Source: Octopus sinensis
Taxonomy: Eukaryota
Assembly (NCBI RefSeq): GCF_006345805.1
Contig: NC_043005.1
Coordinates: 54,436,001 to 54,500,000 of the forward strand
Reading direction: 5' to 3'
DNA length: 64,000 bases
Part shown: piece after piece, positions 25,657 through 38,761 of the stretch
Layout: each line of letters begins with the position of its first letter
Position numbering within the stretch: the stretch's first letter is position 1
Notes under the pieces: model-generated
What the model was told of the DNA's origin: nothing
The model's input: only the letters and a program-made list of their open reading frames with translations
Database searches by the model: none
Position numbers and translations under genes: made by a program

Positions 25657-25735
25657 TATTTACAGCTGTTTCAGTTTGTATTCTTTAGGTAGATTTATGT
25701 TTATCTCGTTCCATGTAACAAACATCATCAGAATG
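25657..25735 (-). ncRNA. Type I hammerhead motif (left-arm copy)
   Basis: CATT-CTGATGA-T-GTTTGT...ACAAAC-T-GAAAC-AGCT-GTA-AATA; core intact. Confidence 0.65.
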
Positions 25736-25993
25736 ATTTGAACTTTACCAGAGGAATATTGTCTGGAGATCAAAGGTTGACAGGAGAAAAAAAGAAAAAG
25801 GAAAAAGGAAAAGGTTCGTTCATCTACTTTAAGTAACTGTACACACATGGGGCCATCTTTTAATGATGCAAAAATGTAAACCTAAAGATCTAATGAACGT
25901 TTTCTTTTTTCCTTTTTCTTTTCCTTCTCTTTTTCTTTTTTTCTCCTGTCAATTTTCAATCGCCTGTCAATATTGCTCTGGTAAGGTTCAAAT

Positions 25994-26072
25994 CATTCTG
26001 ATGATGTTTGTTATATGGAACGAGATAATGCAAGTTTACTTAAAAAATAACAAACTGAAACAGCTGTAAATG
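25994..26072 (+). ncRNA. Type I hammerhead motif, canonical core, long stem II
   Basis: CATT-CTGATGA-T-GTTTGTTAT-(32 nt)-ATAACAAAC-T-GAAAC-AGCT-GTA-AATG; stem I 4 bp, stem II 9 bp, palindromic stem III, predicted cleavage after A26068. Confidence 0.75.
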
Positions 26073-26404
26073 TTATCTCAACCATAATTAAACTAAGATC
26101 ATTCAATGCTAATAATAATCAACTTTTAATTGTTACATGTTGCTCCCTTTCTTCTCTTATCCTATATGAATATATTAAACCACAGTTTACTCTTAAATTA
26201 CCAACTACTGTTAACCTTACAGCAAGACCTATACATAGTTAGGTGATGCACCAGTAGTGTCTAAGTCCCTTAGATGATTGCATAACCTCTAACTCATAAA
26301 TTTTCTATAGCAACTTTATATATATATATATAATAAATTAATAAATAAAACATATGCATATATACATACATATATGTACGTACCTACCTCTACATGTATA
26401 TATA

Positions 26405-26575
26405 CATGCATATATAGGTACAGGACACCAAAAAAACGTTGAACACAATGAGAAACGAAAACATAAACACAAAACCAAGGAAATGGACATTTTGCTTAAA
26501 CAACGAAAAAATAGAGTACAGGACAAATAACACAAGGAAAATTCCCCTTCTTCAGTCGCCATGGTTTCATCTATT
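26405..26575 (-). mobile_element. Penelope-like terminal fragment
   Basis: Minus: gatgaaaccatggcgactgaagaaggggaatttt...ttttggtgtcctgtacc, ending in (TA)n; family assignment is by resemblance only. Confidence 0.4.
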
Positions 26576-26714
26576 CATTTAAATATGTATATTGTATATA
26601 TATATTACACATACACATATATATATATTCATATTTATATACATACATACATACATACATACATACATACATACATACATACATACATACATACATACAT
26701 ACATACATACATAC

Positions 26715-27032
26715 ATACCTAACAGGCACTCTGTTGGTTACAGCGATGCAGGTTCCAGATGATCCAATCAACAGACCAGCCTACTTCTGAAATTAATGTG
26801 TAGGTGGCTGAGCACACCACAGACACATGTTCCCTTAACATAGTCCTCAAAGCGATTCAACATGAAACAGAATGTGACAAGGCTGTAATTCATTTTTGCT
26901 AACAGAGTGGATTGGAGCAACATGAAATAAAATGTCTTGCTCAAGGACACAGCATGTTGCTGGGAATTGAAATCACTGCCTTACAGTCATGAGCCAAACA
27001 CCCCCAACCACTAAGCCATGCACCTTCGCATA
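26715..27032 (-). mobile_element. SINE family F (D-like tRNA head)
   Basis: Homologous to 27293-27548 (+) and 60085-60420 (-): gttccagatgatcc...tgtcttgctcaaggacac. Confidence 0.75.
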
Positions 27033-27292
27033 CATGTGTATGTGTGTGTTTGTGGTTTTGCATGTGTGTGTGTGTGTCTTCGTATCTTTGTTTATTCCCC
27101 ACCACCACATGACAACCAGTGTCAATGCATTTATGTCCCCATAACTTAGCAGTTCAGCAAAGACAGAACAATAGAATAAGTTCCAGGCTTCAGAAAAAAA
27201 GCCTATCATGTTTACATGTGCATGTACACACACACACACACACACACTCACCCACACACACATTTATAATTTTCTTCGATTATCAGGGGTAC

Positions 27293-27548
27293 ATCATGTC
27301 CTTGAGCAAGACACTTTATTTCGTGTAACTCCAATTCACTAAGCTGGTGAAAATGAGTAGTACCTGTATTTCAAAAGGCTAGCTTTGTCACATTGTGTGT
27401 CACACTGAATCTCCCTGAGAACTACATTAAGGGTACACATGTCTGTGGAGTATTCAGCCACTTGGATGTTAATTTCAAGAGCAGGCTGTTCCTTTGATTG
27501 GATCAACTGGAACCCTTGTTTGTCATCACAACTGATGGAGTGCCAGGT
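27293..27548 (+). mobile_element. SINE family F, 5'-truncated
   Basis: gtccttgagcaagacactttatttc...ggatcaactggaaccctt. Confidence 0.75.
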
Positions 27549-27747
27549 TTCAAGATATATTCATGTATATATTTATATATATGTATATAAATGTATAATA
27601 TATTTGTGTGTATATATATATATATATATAATATATATATATATATATGTATGTATGTATATGTATATGTATATATATGTATGTATGTATTATGTATGTA
27701 TGTATGTATTATGTATGTATGTATGTATGTATGTATGTATGTATGTA

Positions 27748-27784
<37 letters not shown>

Positions 27785-27847
27785 GTCTGTATGTATGTAT
27801 ATGTAGGTATGTATGTATGTCTTAAAGACAGAAATTTTCAATTCTGA

Positions 27848-28140
27848 ATGAGGGTAAACTGAAAAGTTTTTCAGTAGAATGACCTTTGTCATCAGTGATG
27901 TGTAGAATACGACAGAATAGTCATGTGTGATAGATACCTTGAAGCTTTTGTTGAGCACCAATGCAAAACAAATTTTCAGGTGATGATCACGACGTTTTCA
28001 TGAACTTAATGCTCTAGGGTGCTAATACCACGAAATCAGGACACTGATTGAATTTGTAACAGTCTCAGATCAACCATGCAATGGTAAAAGTCCTTCAACG
28101 CATCATTGCTCATTCTGAATTTCTTTAACATTCTGAGAAA
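27848..28140 (-). mobile_element. Mariner 3' remnant with TIR
   Basis: TIR-like tgagggtaaactgaaaagtt; minus frame ...[23 protein letters not shown] resembles a mariner C-terminus. Confidence 0.45.
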
Positions 28141-28477
28141 CATGAGACATAGTCAGTGTTTTTCTTTCTTTTACTTCTTCCTTTTTTTTTTTGTCGCAAG
28201 AGTGTAAGAATAATCAGATCAAGAAAGGTTATCTGATATACACACTGGAATATGAAGGCAATCACTTACATACCATGCTATAGTTGTTGTTGTTGTTGTT
28301 GTCGTTGTTGCTCATTTCATTCAAAGTCAGTTCTTGCTGTGCAGACCAAGCTGCTGTGACTATACAGTTTTTTTTTTTTTTAGTATTTCTAGAACAATGT
28401 AGACTCTTATGAGATTGGTAAGGTGAAAGAGAGCATGAAAACACAAGTCATTGTTTACACAGCCATTGTTTACACAT

Positions 28478-28625
28478 AGGAGCAGTGTGGCTGTGTGGTA
28501 AGAAACTTGCTTCCCAACCACATGTGGTTCCAGGTTCAGTCCCACTGCATGGCTCCTTGGGCAAATATCTTCTATTATTACCCCTGGCTGAAGGCTGACC
28601 AAAACCTTGTGAGTGGATTTGGTCT
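28478..28625 (+). mobile_element. SINE family B head
   Basis: aggagcagtgtggctgtgtggtaagaaacttgcttcccaaccacatgtggttccaggttcagtcccac. Confidence 0.8.
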
Positions 28626-29053
28626 GGCTATGGGGTGATATTACTTACCTTGTAAACAGCTGAGAGTTTTGAGAGGAAGGGCATCTTGCTATCATGCCTC
28701 ACTGGATTCCATCTAACCCATGTGATTAGGAAGCAAACCACTCAGCCTTTATATATGTATGCATACATATATATATACACATATAGAAGAGATAAGAGAA
28801 GTAATGTGACGGAGTAGAAGTTTATTCTGTATGTTTATAACTATTTTATAATCTTGTTAGTTATATATGATAGATGTTACATGAATATCAACACACACAT
28901 AAAATATACATATACAAACATATATAAATAAACATGTATGCATATGTATACCGATAGATAGAAAAGTATGGATATGGAATCCAACAGACTCATCTTCAGA
29001 ACAATACATGGTAGTTGAAACCATACATACATATATATATTTATATATATATA

Positions 29054-29160
<107 letters not shown>

Positions 29161-30299
29161 TACATACACACCCATATATATATATATGCATATGTTTACA
29201 TACATATATATATACACACACACGTATATATTTGTGCGTGTGTGTGTATGTGTGCTCTGTATCATGACCAATTTTCAGATACCTTTAGCAAATAAAACTT
29301 CCTTAAAAATTAATGATGTTTTGGAGTTTTGGGAGTTCAAGTAAGAGGGGGGAAGAAACAGAAAGCTATGAAACCAATATATTTTTAAAAAATTAAGTTC
29401 AATATATAATTCGAAATAAAATATCAAACTGAATAAATAGATCAGAAGTTTATAAAAGGAAGATTAAGTAGATAAGGGTGGAGCTTAAATAATGATACAA
29501 AATATAGGCGATAGCTTAACATATTACAATTCTGGTGGGCATATAATTTGATATTTCTAGCTGAAAATAAATATCTGTTATTTAGTGTGGAAAGTATTTC
29601 AGCTTGAACAAATCTAATTCTTAATCTATTTAATTCACCAATATCATTTAAATTTAGTGGTTAATAACATGGTTGAATCCAAAACAGCTTTGATCTTGGT
29701 TCAAAGCCTTAATTTAAAATTTTTTTCATTTTAATATCTTTTAATATAAATAAATAGTTGATGTATTTCAACTACTCAGACTTCAAATATTTTGTATAAT
29801 AATGTTAAAAGATGTGTCATATCTATTAATTGTAGATATAATGCCTTATTCTAAATGTTACTTGTTTATATTTTTATCAACCCTTGAAAGAATTTAAGTT
29901 AAAATGATGATGTCCCATCTCTAGCAATCAGCTGTTTGTTCTTTCCTGAAAGTAGCTTGTGTAAAGAGAATTCATAGACGCCATTACTATAAAGTGGATA
30001 TTCCATTTAACCTTTCAACTTTCTTTCTATAAATGTGTTTGCGTGTACGTGTGTGTGTGAGTGTGTGTGGTCTTTGAGTTTGTGTTTATTTCTCCTACTT
30101 TCTTGTTTATGTAAACACCACATGACAACCAATAAAGATTTTTTTTTTTAATTTTCACATTCTTGTAACTTAGCAGTTCGGCATATAAAGAAATTGATAG
30201 AACAAGCACCAGACTTAAACATATACTCTGAGGTCTATCTGATTGATTAACTAAGACTCCAATACGATAAAACATATTTCACCATGAATTTCTTTCCCT

Positions 30300-30512
30300 A
30301 AGGTGGTAAGCTGGTAGAATCATTAGTACGCCAGGGCAAAATGCTTGGCAGCATTTGTCCAATTTTTACGTTCTGAATTCAAATTCTGCCAAGGCTGACT
30401 TTACTCTTTGTCCTTTCAGGGTCATTGAAATAAGTACCACCTGAGCATTGGGGGCCAATGTAATTGACTTCCTTCCTTCTCTGCAACCCTGGCCTTGTAC
30501 CAAAATTTTAAA
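30300..30512 (+). mobile_element. SINE family A
   Basis: aaggtggtaagctggtagaatcattag...gaattcaaattctgccaagg. Confidence 0.8.
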
Positions 30513-31046
30513 CCATGAAATTCTTTCTCTCACAGAAGAAGAGTATTGAAAGCTTAATATAAGAACTACTTAATGGCAAATATATTTTACAAGTTAGAAA
30601 GAGCAAATACCAGAGAATGCAGCAAATTCCAGAAAGAAAGTAATGGTGCCAAGAGAGTGACATATTTACATTTTTGAAAACATTCAGAACAAGATGAGAA
30701 GAAAATTTTGGAAGCAGAAAAAATTTGACAGTGGGAACAAGACAGAAAAGTTTCCTATGAGTAGCATAGTAATTGAAAAGGAGTTGGTAAATAACATTTT
30801 ATTTGTTTATCTATTTATCTATTTTCAGGGAGAAATAGGTTAAATGGACCTATATGATGACTAATCCTTATAAATTCTCTGAGGTAGGGTATCATGTAGA
30901 GCAGTGCTTCTCAAACTATCTACTATGGCATACCAGCAGTTTTTTTTTTCCAATGTGCCAGGTACTGGTAATATTTCTTAGTAACATTAATTTATACCAG
31001 AAACAATATATTTAATGAATATGATAAAAGTTGACAGTTTTCTTTG

Positions 31047-31160
31047 TCTTTTACTCTTTTACTTGTTTCAGTCATTTGACTGCGGCCATGCTGGAGCACC
31101 GCCTTTAGTCAAGCATCGGTTGTCAAGAAATGTTGGGGGGACAAACACAGACACACAAAA

Positions 31161-31221
<61 letters not shown>

Positions 31222-31628
31222 ATAATAAATATTAGGGAATAAATCCAAATTTACAGGGAAAATCAGATTTAGGATTGAATCCAATTTTATAGTAAAATAT
31301 TATATAATATTAATTAGAGACAAACCCACTATTTTGCAAATCAAACAAAGAAAGACTTAATCCAATACATAAAAAAATTTAAATAAATTAAATAAAATAT
31401 TATAATATTAATTAGAGACAAAACCACTATTTTGCAAATCAAACAAAGAAAGACTTAATCCAATACATAAAAAAATTTAAATAAATTAAATTAAATTAAA
31501 TTCGCCACTACAATTTTCACTACAATTGTAGTGGCGAATTTAATTTTATTTAATTTATTTTAAATTTTTTTATGTATTGGATTAAGTCTTTCTTTGTTTG
31601 ATTTGCAAAATAGTGGTTTTGTCTCTAA

Positions 31629-31661
<33 letters not shown>

Positions 31662-31831
31662 AATATATGACGGGCTTATTCCAGTTTCCGTCTACCAAAT
31701 CCACTCACAAGGCTTTGGTCAGCCCAAAACTATAGTAGAAGACACTTGCCCAAGGTGCCACATAGTGGGACTGAACCTGAAACCATGTGGTTGGTAAGCA
31801 AGCTACTTACCACACAGCCACTCCTGCACCT
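31047..31831 (-). mobile_element. SINE family B, split by a fold-back insertion in its central microsatellite
   Basis: 3' half at 31047-31160, 5' half at 31665-31831. Confidence 0.85.
31233..31640. repeat. Tandem (about 100 bp) plus inverted Penelope-like terminal repeat
   Basis: attaattagagacaaa...cttaatccaatac occurs twice, then its reverse complement; centre aattcgccactacaatt-ttcact-ac-aattgtagtggcgaatt. Confidence 0.85.
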
Positions 31832-33329
31832 TATATTTATTTTGTAAACAAATAATGCAATATTTCATAAGAATTTTATGAGCATTTTATAATGTTTCTT
31901 TCTTTTCTAGAAACTCACTGCATACTGGAAGCTGATGGCTCACAGACCAGCACTGGCCCATGGACCACAACTTTGAGCAGCACTGATGTAGAAAAGCGAA
32001 CACCTAGAGACTTCACACTAGATTTTAAAATAACACACTATAGTGTGGGGGAGTTTGCTTTTGTACAATTAATCTAAAAGAACTCTGAGGAAAGTCATAA
32101 TAGAGCTAAAAGAAAGCAATATCTATCATTCTAAATTTCCCAAACTTAGAACCAAATCTCATATCTAGAGCAATTTCCAATAAAGAAAACAATTTACAGA
32201 ACTGGACAGGTTTCTTCTCAATCTAAGTGGAAAAATCTTTTTTTGTAAGCATTGTACCTTTTGTTTCCTTTATGGGAATGGATGTCTCTTTCTTTATTTT
32301 ATTTTTTGCTTGGTTATTTTTTTTTATTGTTTTTAACCTGCAGGTCAGTCTTGACCAAGTTGGCCTTTAATAAAAGCATACAGTGATGATTGTGTTCTTT
32401 TGTTATATTAGAGAAAAAATTCTTATATATGGTTTGGGGGAATTTGGTGGCTATTTTAAGCAGGTCAAGTAAAAATATCAATGATAGTCTCATTGATGTA
32501 TGTAAACGATTTCTTTCTTTTATTTTTTTTAATTGCTTCAGTCATTGGATTGTGGCCATTCTGGGACACCACCTTAAAGAGTTTTTGTTGAAGAAATTGA
32601 TCCCATTCCATTTTTTTTTCTTGTTTTTAAGCCTGGTACTTATTTGACTGGCTTCTTTTATAGAACTGCTAAGTTATGGTGGTAATATTTTATCATGATT
32701 ATAGTTTGTGAAAGAGGACTAACAAGACTGAAACATGCTTGAAGTTGCCACTGTTCTTATCAAATATCAGAATCAATGCTCCATGCATCTCTTTTTCAAT
32801 TTTTAATCAATATGGATTTCAGAGTTGTCATCCATCTCTTTCTTTATTTTTAGCATCATGATGTGTCATTTTAAATGATTAAAATACATATTAGCAGTTC
32901 ACTATTTTATCCTCCATTTTATTTCCAAAAGACCAAATCTATAAAACATATTGTACTTTCTGTTTTACTTTTTATTTTCTATTTATTTATTTATTTATTC
33001 TATTTATTTGAGCTTCTGGAATCAAAATAAAAGTACCAGTAATTATATTCTGATAAATAAAAGGAACTGACAGCAAAAGCCATGACTACACTTTAGTTCT
33101 AGATAGAAATCAATGAAAACACTACCTTCACATCACATCCAGCTGCGCACAACTATTTAACTTCACTGTTATCTCTCTCTTTCCCAATATATGTACCAAC
33201 CTGTTGAATTATCTTTCTGTTCATCTGTTTACCCAACACTTTTGTTTGTCACTTAACACACACGCTCATTTCTTTCCTCTTTCTCTACCTGCTGTTTTCT
33301 TCGTCTTCCCTTCTAGTCTTTCTTGACAT

Positions 33330-33409
<80 letters not shown>

Positions 33410-33448
33410 TAATATACATATATGTATGTATGTATTTATATATTAATA

Positions 33449-33479
<31 letters not shown>

Positions 33480-33515
33480 ATATATATGTATTATATGTAT
33501 GTATGTATTTATGTG

Positions 33516-33548
<33 letters not shown>

Positions 33549-33780
33549 GTATGTACGTATGTATATATGTATATATATGTATGTATGTATTTATATATAT
33601 ATGTATATATATACACACATATATATATGTATATATATTCATTCATATATGCATTTATATGTATGCACATATATGTATGTATATATGTACACACACTCAC
33701 ATGTACACAAACTCATACATATGCACACACACATATACATATGCATATATATACCCACACACACACATGCACACACATAT
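33330..33780. repeat. (TA)n/(TATG)n/(CA)n microsatellite block
   Basis: Directly visible. Confidence 0.9.
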
Positions 33781-35212
33781 TAACTCTTATTTTCTCTATA
33801 TTAATATTTAATTTTCATCCATTCATTTAAGTTTCTTAGGTTTACCTTGTGTGTTGCACTACAACAGAAGATAACACTTATTCTAAAATCAATGCATAAC
33901 ACAAAGTGAATAGACTTATGTTTACATTATTTACAGAGTTATTTGCAGGAAACATATATAGATGTTGAGAAGAACCAAACATAAAAAAAAAAATGAAGAA
34001 GATAAATGTAAGCTTTTCTTCAGTAGATTATAAATTTAAACTGTGCAATACGTGTTTATTGAAAGTTGCCAAATGCTTACTGACAAACTGTAATTGAAAA
34101 ACTGGTCAGAATATAATACTCTATTCATTTAGATTGATCATGGTTCTCTCTTGAAAATCTCATCTGCAAACAAGATACTACATCTTTTCCGATTACTGCT
34201 GAGCACCCTCCTGGCTTCTTGCTCCTGAATTTACAAGCATTGGCATTTTTACGGCCTATATATACATTACAACTTTTTGTTGATATCTACCAACATAAAA
34301 ACTACAGTTGGTCTTCCTCACCTCAAAATACTTCCTGATATCTGAATTTCCTTTGCTGCAGATCTGACATTTCAATATCTTTCTGTCGTACTGAGATGTT
34401 TGACAAACAAAACTATGGAGAGCCATAGCTTTGTAAAAGTAGATTCACTTCCAAACATTCTCGCTCAAAGACTTCTTCTCTACAACCTTAATGCTGTTTG
34501 TTAGAATCAAAATAACATTCTTCTTGAAAGCAGATAGGAAAGAAAATTCTAAAGAATACTTGGGCATTCATAATCACTTAACACAAACAGCTATCAACTG
34601 AAAGAGAAATGGATTTTGTTTGTCCATCTCTGAGGTTTTCTTTCTTCTTTTACATTTCTATTTGGCATAGATTTATTTATTTATTTATTTCATTTATTTA
34701 TTTTGCATGAATGAAAATTTTTTTTATCTGTTTTTGAGGAACCAATTGAATGTTTTTACTCTCTTGTTGACATAACATTCTGTAAATTCCAATAAATGTT
34801 GTTACCAAACTCCTTTACTGATTCTTTCACCACAAACTTAATATCTTAGTTTTTCTGAATCTGAAAACTATATAATTCTTTTTATTCTTGTCTGTGGCAC
34901 TGCAACTGAAGAGAGAGGCCTGCAAACATTAAATGTATTGGTTAAGAATTGATAGAAGATTGTTACATCCTGCATTATATTTACAAATGGAAAAATACAT
35001 GCAATAATATTGTGTAGGGAACTGTCTAGCATAACTATAGACATACTTAGCAAAAAAAAAAGAAAACTTTAGTTTCATGAATGTTATTATTAATACCATA
35101 AATGATGCGAAAGTTACCTAAGCATGAGAAATGTGTGTTATAGTTTCAAATTATTCTAAGGCTGTGTTTTTCAAGCATTTTCCCAATGTACCATTCAGTA
35201 AGTCATCATCAA

Positions 35213-35415
35213 CATTATCATCATCATCATCATCATCTAGCTACTATTTTCCCTGCTGGTATGGGTTGGGTGGTTTGACAAGAACTGGCAGGCTGGAGAG
35301 CTGCACCAGGCTCCAACTGTCTGTTGTAGTATGGTTTCTTCAACTGGATGCTTTTCCTAATGCCAACCACTTTACAGAGTGTACTGGGTGCTTTTCTATG
35401 TAACACCAGCATGGC
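35213..35415 (-). mobile_element. SINE family C 3' fragment
   Basis: gctggtatgggttggg...ctggatgcttttcctaatgccaaccac. Confidence 0.75.
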
Positions 35416-36254
35416 CATATACATTAATATGTGACATATTCAAGTCTTCATATATATCAAGTAATAGCTTCCTCAAATCATATAATTCTGTCTATAACAT
35501 AGCTAAATCATGCAGCTCAATGTATAAACCAAGTTTGGTATCCCTAACTATGAAATGTTTAAAATCTTATAGTTTAGCCTATGACATTCTAAATTGATGG
35601 AGTTGTATGCTTCATGACTTAAGAATGGTCTCGGCTTAGACCTTTACTTACTAAACTATGAAACCATCAATTCATATATCATATGGAATATCTCAAAGTT
35701 TTCTAAATAGATGTGCATGCATATATATATATATATATCTCTTAATGTGTAATTATGAAGTGCATTCATAAAGTACCAGACTTTATTTTTTTCCCACCCA
35801 TGCTAAAGCCATGTGGGCAAAACTTTTGGATGATAGGTGATGCGACCCTTCCTGTGCATGTGTGAAAATTTTCATAAGTTGCATTTTCGGAGCTCCTTTA
35901 TCTTAAGGTGCATTTTGAGAACGTCTTTATTGGAAATAAGTATCAATGAAGAATATGTAGAGATAAAGATCTTTTACTTGGAATGCTTACATTTGGTGAC
36001 TTTCTATAAATCCTTTAGCATTTAAACCATCATATTAATCCCAAATATTTTACCTGTTTCAGGCTCAAATTGATCATATCCAGCCTCTCACTCCTGTCTT
36101 ATAATGTTATTCTCAAACTAAACAGTCACATCATCAAAAGCCATGAGATAATGCAGGATTCATTCAAAACAATGTCAATACAATAAGTATTGTATCTGAC
36201 AGAATAATCTAAATGCAAAAGGGGTAAGGAAAAAACATAGAGAAAGAAAGAGAA

Positions 36255-36288
<34 letters not shown>

Positions 36289-37179
36289 ATGACCATGGGG
36301 TTAAAAAGTTCACTTTTTCGCTTTTCAACCACATAGCTTTTAGATTCAATCCCACTTGATAGCACAAGGTGAATCCCCAAATCTTTCAGACTTTTTCAGA
36401 AGAGACATTTATCAATTTCAAAGAACAACAAAACTTTAAATCCCCTTTGAATTAGGTTCCTTTAACTTCATTGCACTTGTAGCACTCCTGCCACTTCATT
36501 AAAGTTCTATGGAATTCCTCAAAAGTGAAGGTGTCCTTGAATTTTACAATGATTGACTAAACCAAATGACTGAAATCAAAGAGAATAAAGAATTTTTTTA
36601 AATAGGCTCTTGATTTCTTCTGCCTCCTAATTTTATATGACAATCTAGTAAGTATGAAATAAGTTTTTATTCTAATATATCCTTAACCTTAGGATGCCAT
36701 GTCCCACAATAAATACAGACTGGTCATGATTATGTAAAATACAGACATTTAAGTATCGTTGCCATTATTTACTTTTGTTGCTTTGCAACACTGCTTTGCT
36801 CTGTTTGATCTAATATATAGCAATATTTCTATATGTCTATAGATTTGGTTCAAGTAGAGCTGACCAAACCAATATTTCTGTAGATTACCTCAAACAGAGT
36901 TTGACCAGAGTTACGGTACACACAAAGACTAGACCTATTTAAAATTTTATTTTTCAATAAAATTATTAATTATTTTGTAGATTACATATGAAAGTCAGAC
37001 AAACTTAGTATTACCTCCAAAGAAGTAAACTGATTGGTGCCATTTATAACAAATTAACCAAAGTTTTGCTTCTATTTACAGCATTTAGAAATTTACGTCT
37101 CAAATCTAACTGTGAAATTTGCTAATAAACATTAAACTAAACTTTCTTTGTTCTCTAATGATGAAACCCTGTTGATATA

Positions 37180-37312
37180 TATCCTCACATACACATGTAT
37201 ACATTCACCTATATACTTGTACATGTATGTATATATATATATATGTATGTATATATATATGTATATATATATATATGTATGTATATATATATGTATGTAT
37301 ATTATATGTATG

Positions 37313-37372
<60 letters not shown>

Positions 37373-37568
37373 TATAATATATATATATATGTATATATAG
37401 TATATATATATGTATATATATGTATATATATGTATATATATATATATATGTATGTATATACATATATATATGTATGTATATATATATGTATGTATATATA
37501 TATGTATATATATATATATATATGTATGTATATACATATATATGTATGTATATACATATATATATATG

Positions 37569-37619
<51 letters not shown>

Positions 37620-37644
37620 ATATATATATATATATATATGTTTG

Positions 37645-37740
<96 letters not shown>

Positions 37741-37785
37741 ATATATACATACAAACACAAACACACACTCACTCACACATATATA
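37180..37785. repeat. About 600-bp (TA)n/(TATG)n microsatellite
   Basis: Directly visible; source of the YIYI ORFs. Confidence 0.95.
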
Positions 37786-38269
37786 GCTAATCAGTTTATT
37801 AAAACATTTTAAAACTTTATTATAAAACTGCTCTCAGCAAGTTTCCTTAGCAAGAAATGTTTGCATAACTTTGCTTTCTTTTATTTTTATGATTTTTTCC
37901 AGGATGATTAACCCCCATCTTCAGGCCTAAAAATCTTTTATATTCATATCTACACTGAGAACGGGATTCTCAGATTTATTTGAGTGTCTGACAAAATACC
38001 TTGCAGTATATATTCAGTTACTTTTGTTTTTGTTTTGCATTCAGTTTCTACCAAAATCAATTTAGTTTTCAAGCCTATTCTCACCTATAATCATTAATGT
38101 TTGGTAATGACCGACAGAGTATGACCGCAAATAAATGCTGATGAAAAGGAATTCTTCTAAAGGATTTCTGGAATAACATTTCTCAACAGGTTGTGGTAGC
38201 TTGGATATCAGGATGTGTCTCCAAGTCAAACTGCTACTTCTTAGCATTGAGAGACCACAGCTCCAGTAC

Positions 38270-38455
38270 TGGTAAAGAGCCCCTTTGGTAATGAATGATC
38301 ATGGGATTGCACCTAGGAAGTTACCCTCCAAGGTGCAAGTCCAGGCAAGGTTGCTTATGGAAGACCAGTAATCACCCATGCATACCAGCCTCCCCTCTCC
38401 ACACCACTGATGTTACCCAAGGGAAAGGCAAACGCTGATACACCTTGGCATCAGT
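38270..38455 (-). mobile_element. SINE family D 3' fragment
   Basis: Reverse complement of 19560-19724 (catgggattgcacctag...cagcctcccctctcc). Confidence 0.85.
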
Positions 38456-38722
38456 GTGAAGATATACAAACTACAGAAGGACAAGATGGAGTAGGTAGGA
38501 AAAGAGCAGACACATTGGACAGAGAGGTGCTCAGGAGATCATGAAATATGTGATGAAAGAACTTTGATGGACAAATAAACTAAAAGTAATAATAATAAAA
38601 ATAAAGTGACGCTCACATAAATAGTGGATGTGTTTAGTTGGCAAAAGATGGTCATCCCCAAGTATAATAATATCTGTTTCAACCCACGTTTTCACATCAA
38701 GAATCTTGTCAAACCAAACATG

Positions 38723-38756
<34 letters not shown>

Positions 38757-38761
<5 letters not shown>

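Larger units (their letters stand above)
25575..26168. repeat. Fold-back inverted repeat; arms about 25575-25830 and 25880-26168
   Basis: tttacagctgtttcagtttgta...aaacatcatcagaatgatttgaac pairs with gttcaaatcattctgatgatgtttg...aaactgaaacagctgtaaa. Confidence 0.9.
30902..31985. mobile_element. hAT (Buster/Charlie-like) MITE containing nested insertions
   Basis: TIRs cagtgcttctcaaact and aactttgagcagcactg; 8-bp TSD atgtagag (30894-30901) / atgtagaa (31986-31993). Confidence 0.75.

Noticed and set aside
30828-30882. Well-bounded AG/GT segment (also 33937-34007 and 22152-22195)
   Set aside because: Stops in all three frames; could only be non-coding exons, and there is no evidence for that here.
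31892-32077. ORF and terminal exon candidate (THCILEADGSQ...)
   Set aside because: Spans the right TIR and TSD of the hAT MITE.
37132-37812. Long YIYI/MYVC ORFs here and at 9.3, 17-19, 24, 27.5, 29, 33.4 and 45 kb
   Set aside because: Translations of (TA)n/(TATG)n/(CA)n microsatellites, which lack stop codons.
38190-38272. 82-nt exon candidate
   Set aside because: The donor is supplied by the tail of an inverted SINE D fragment; no recognisable peptide.
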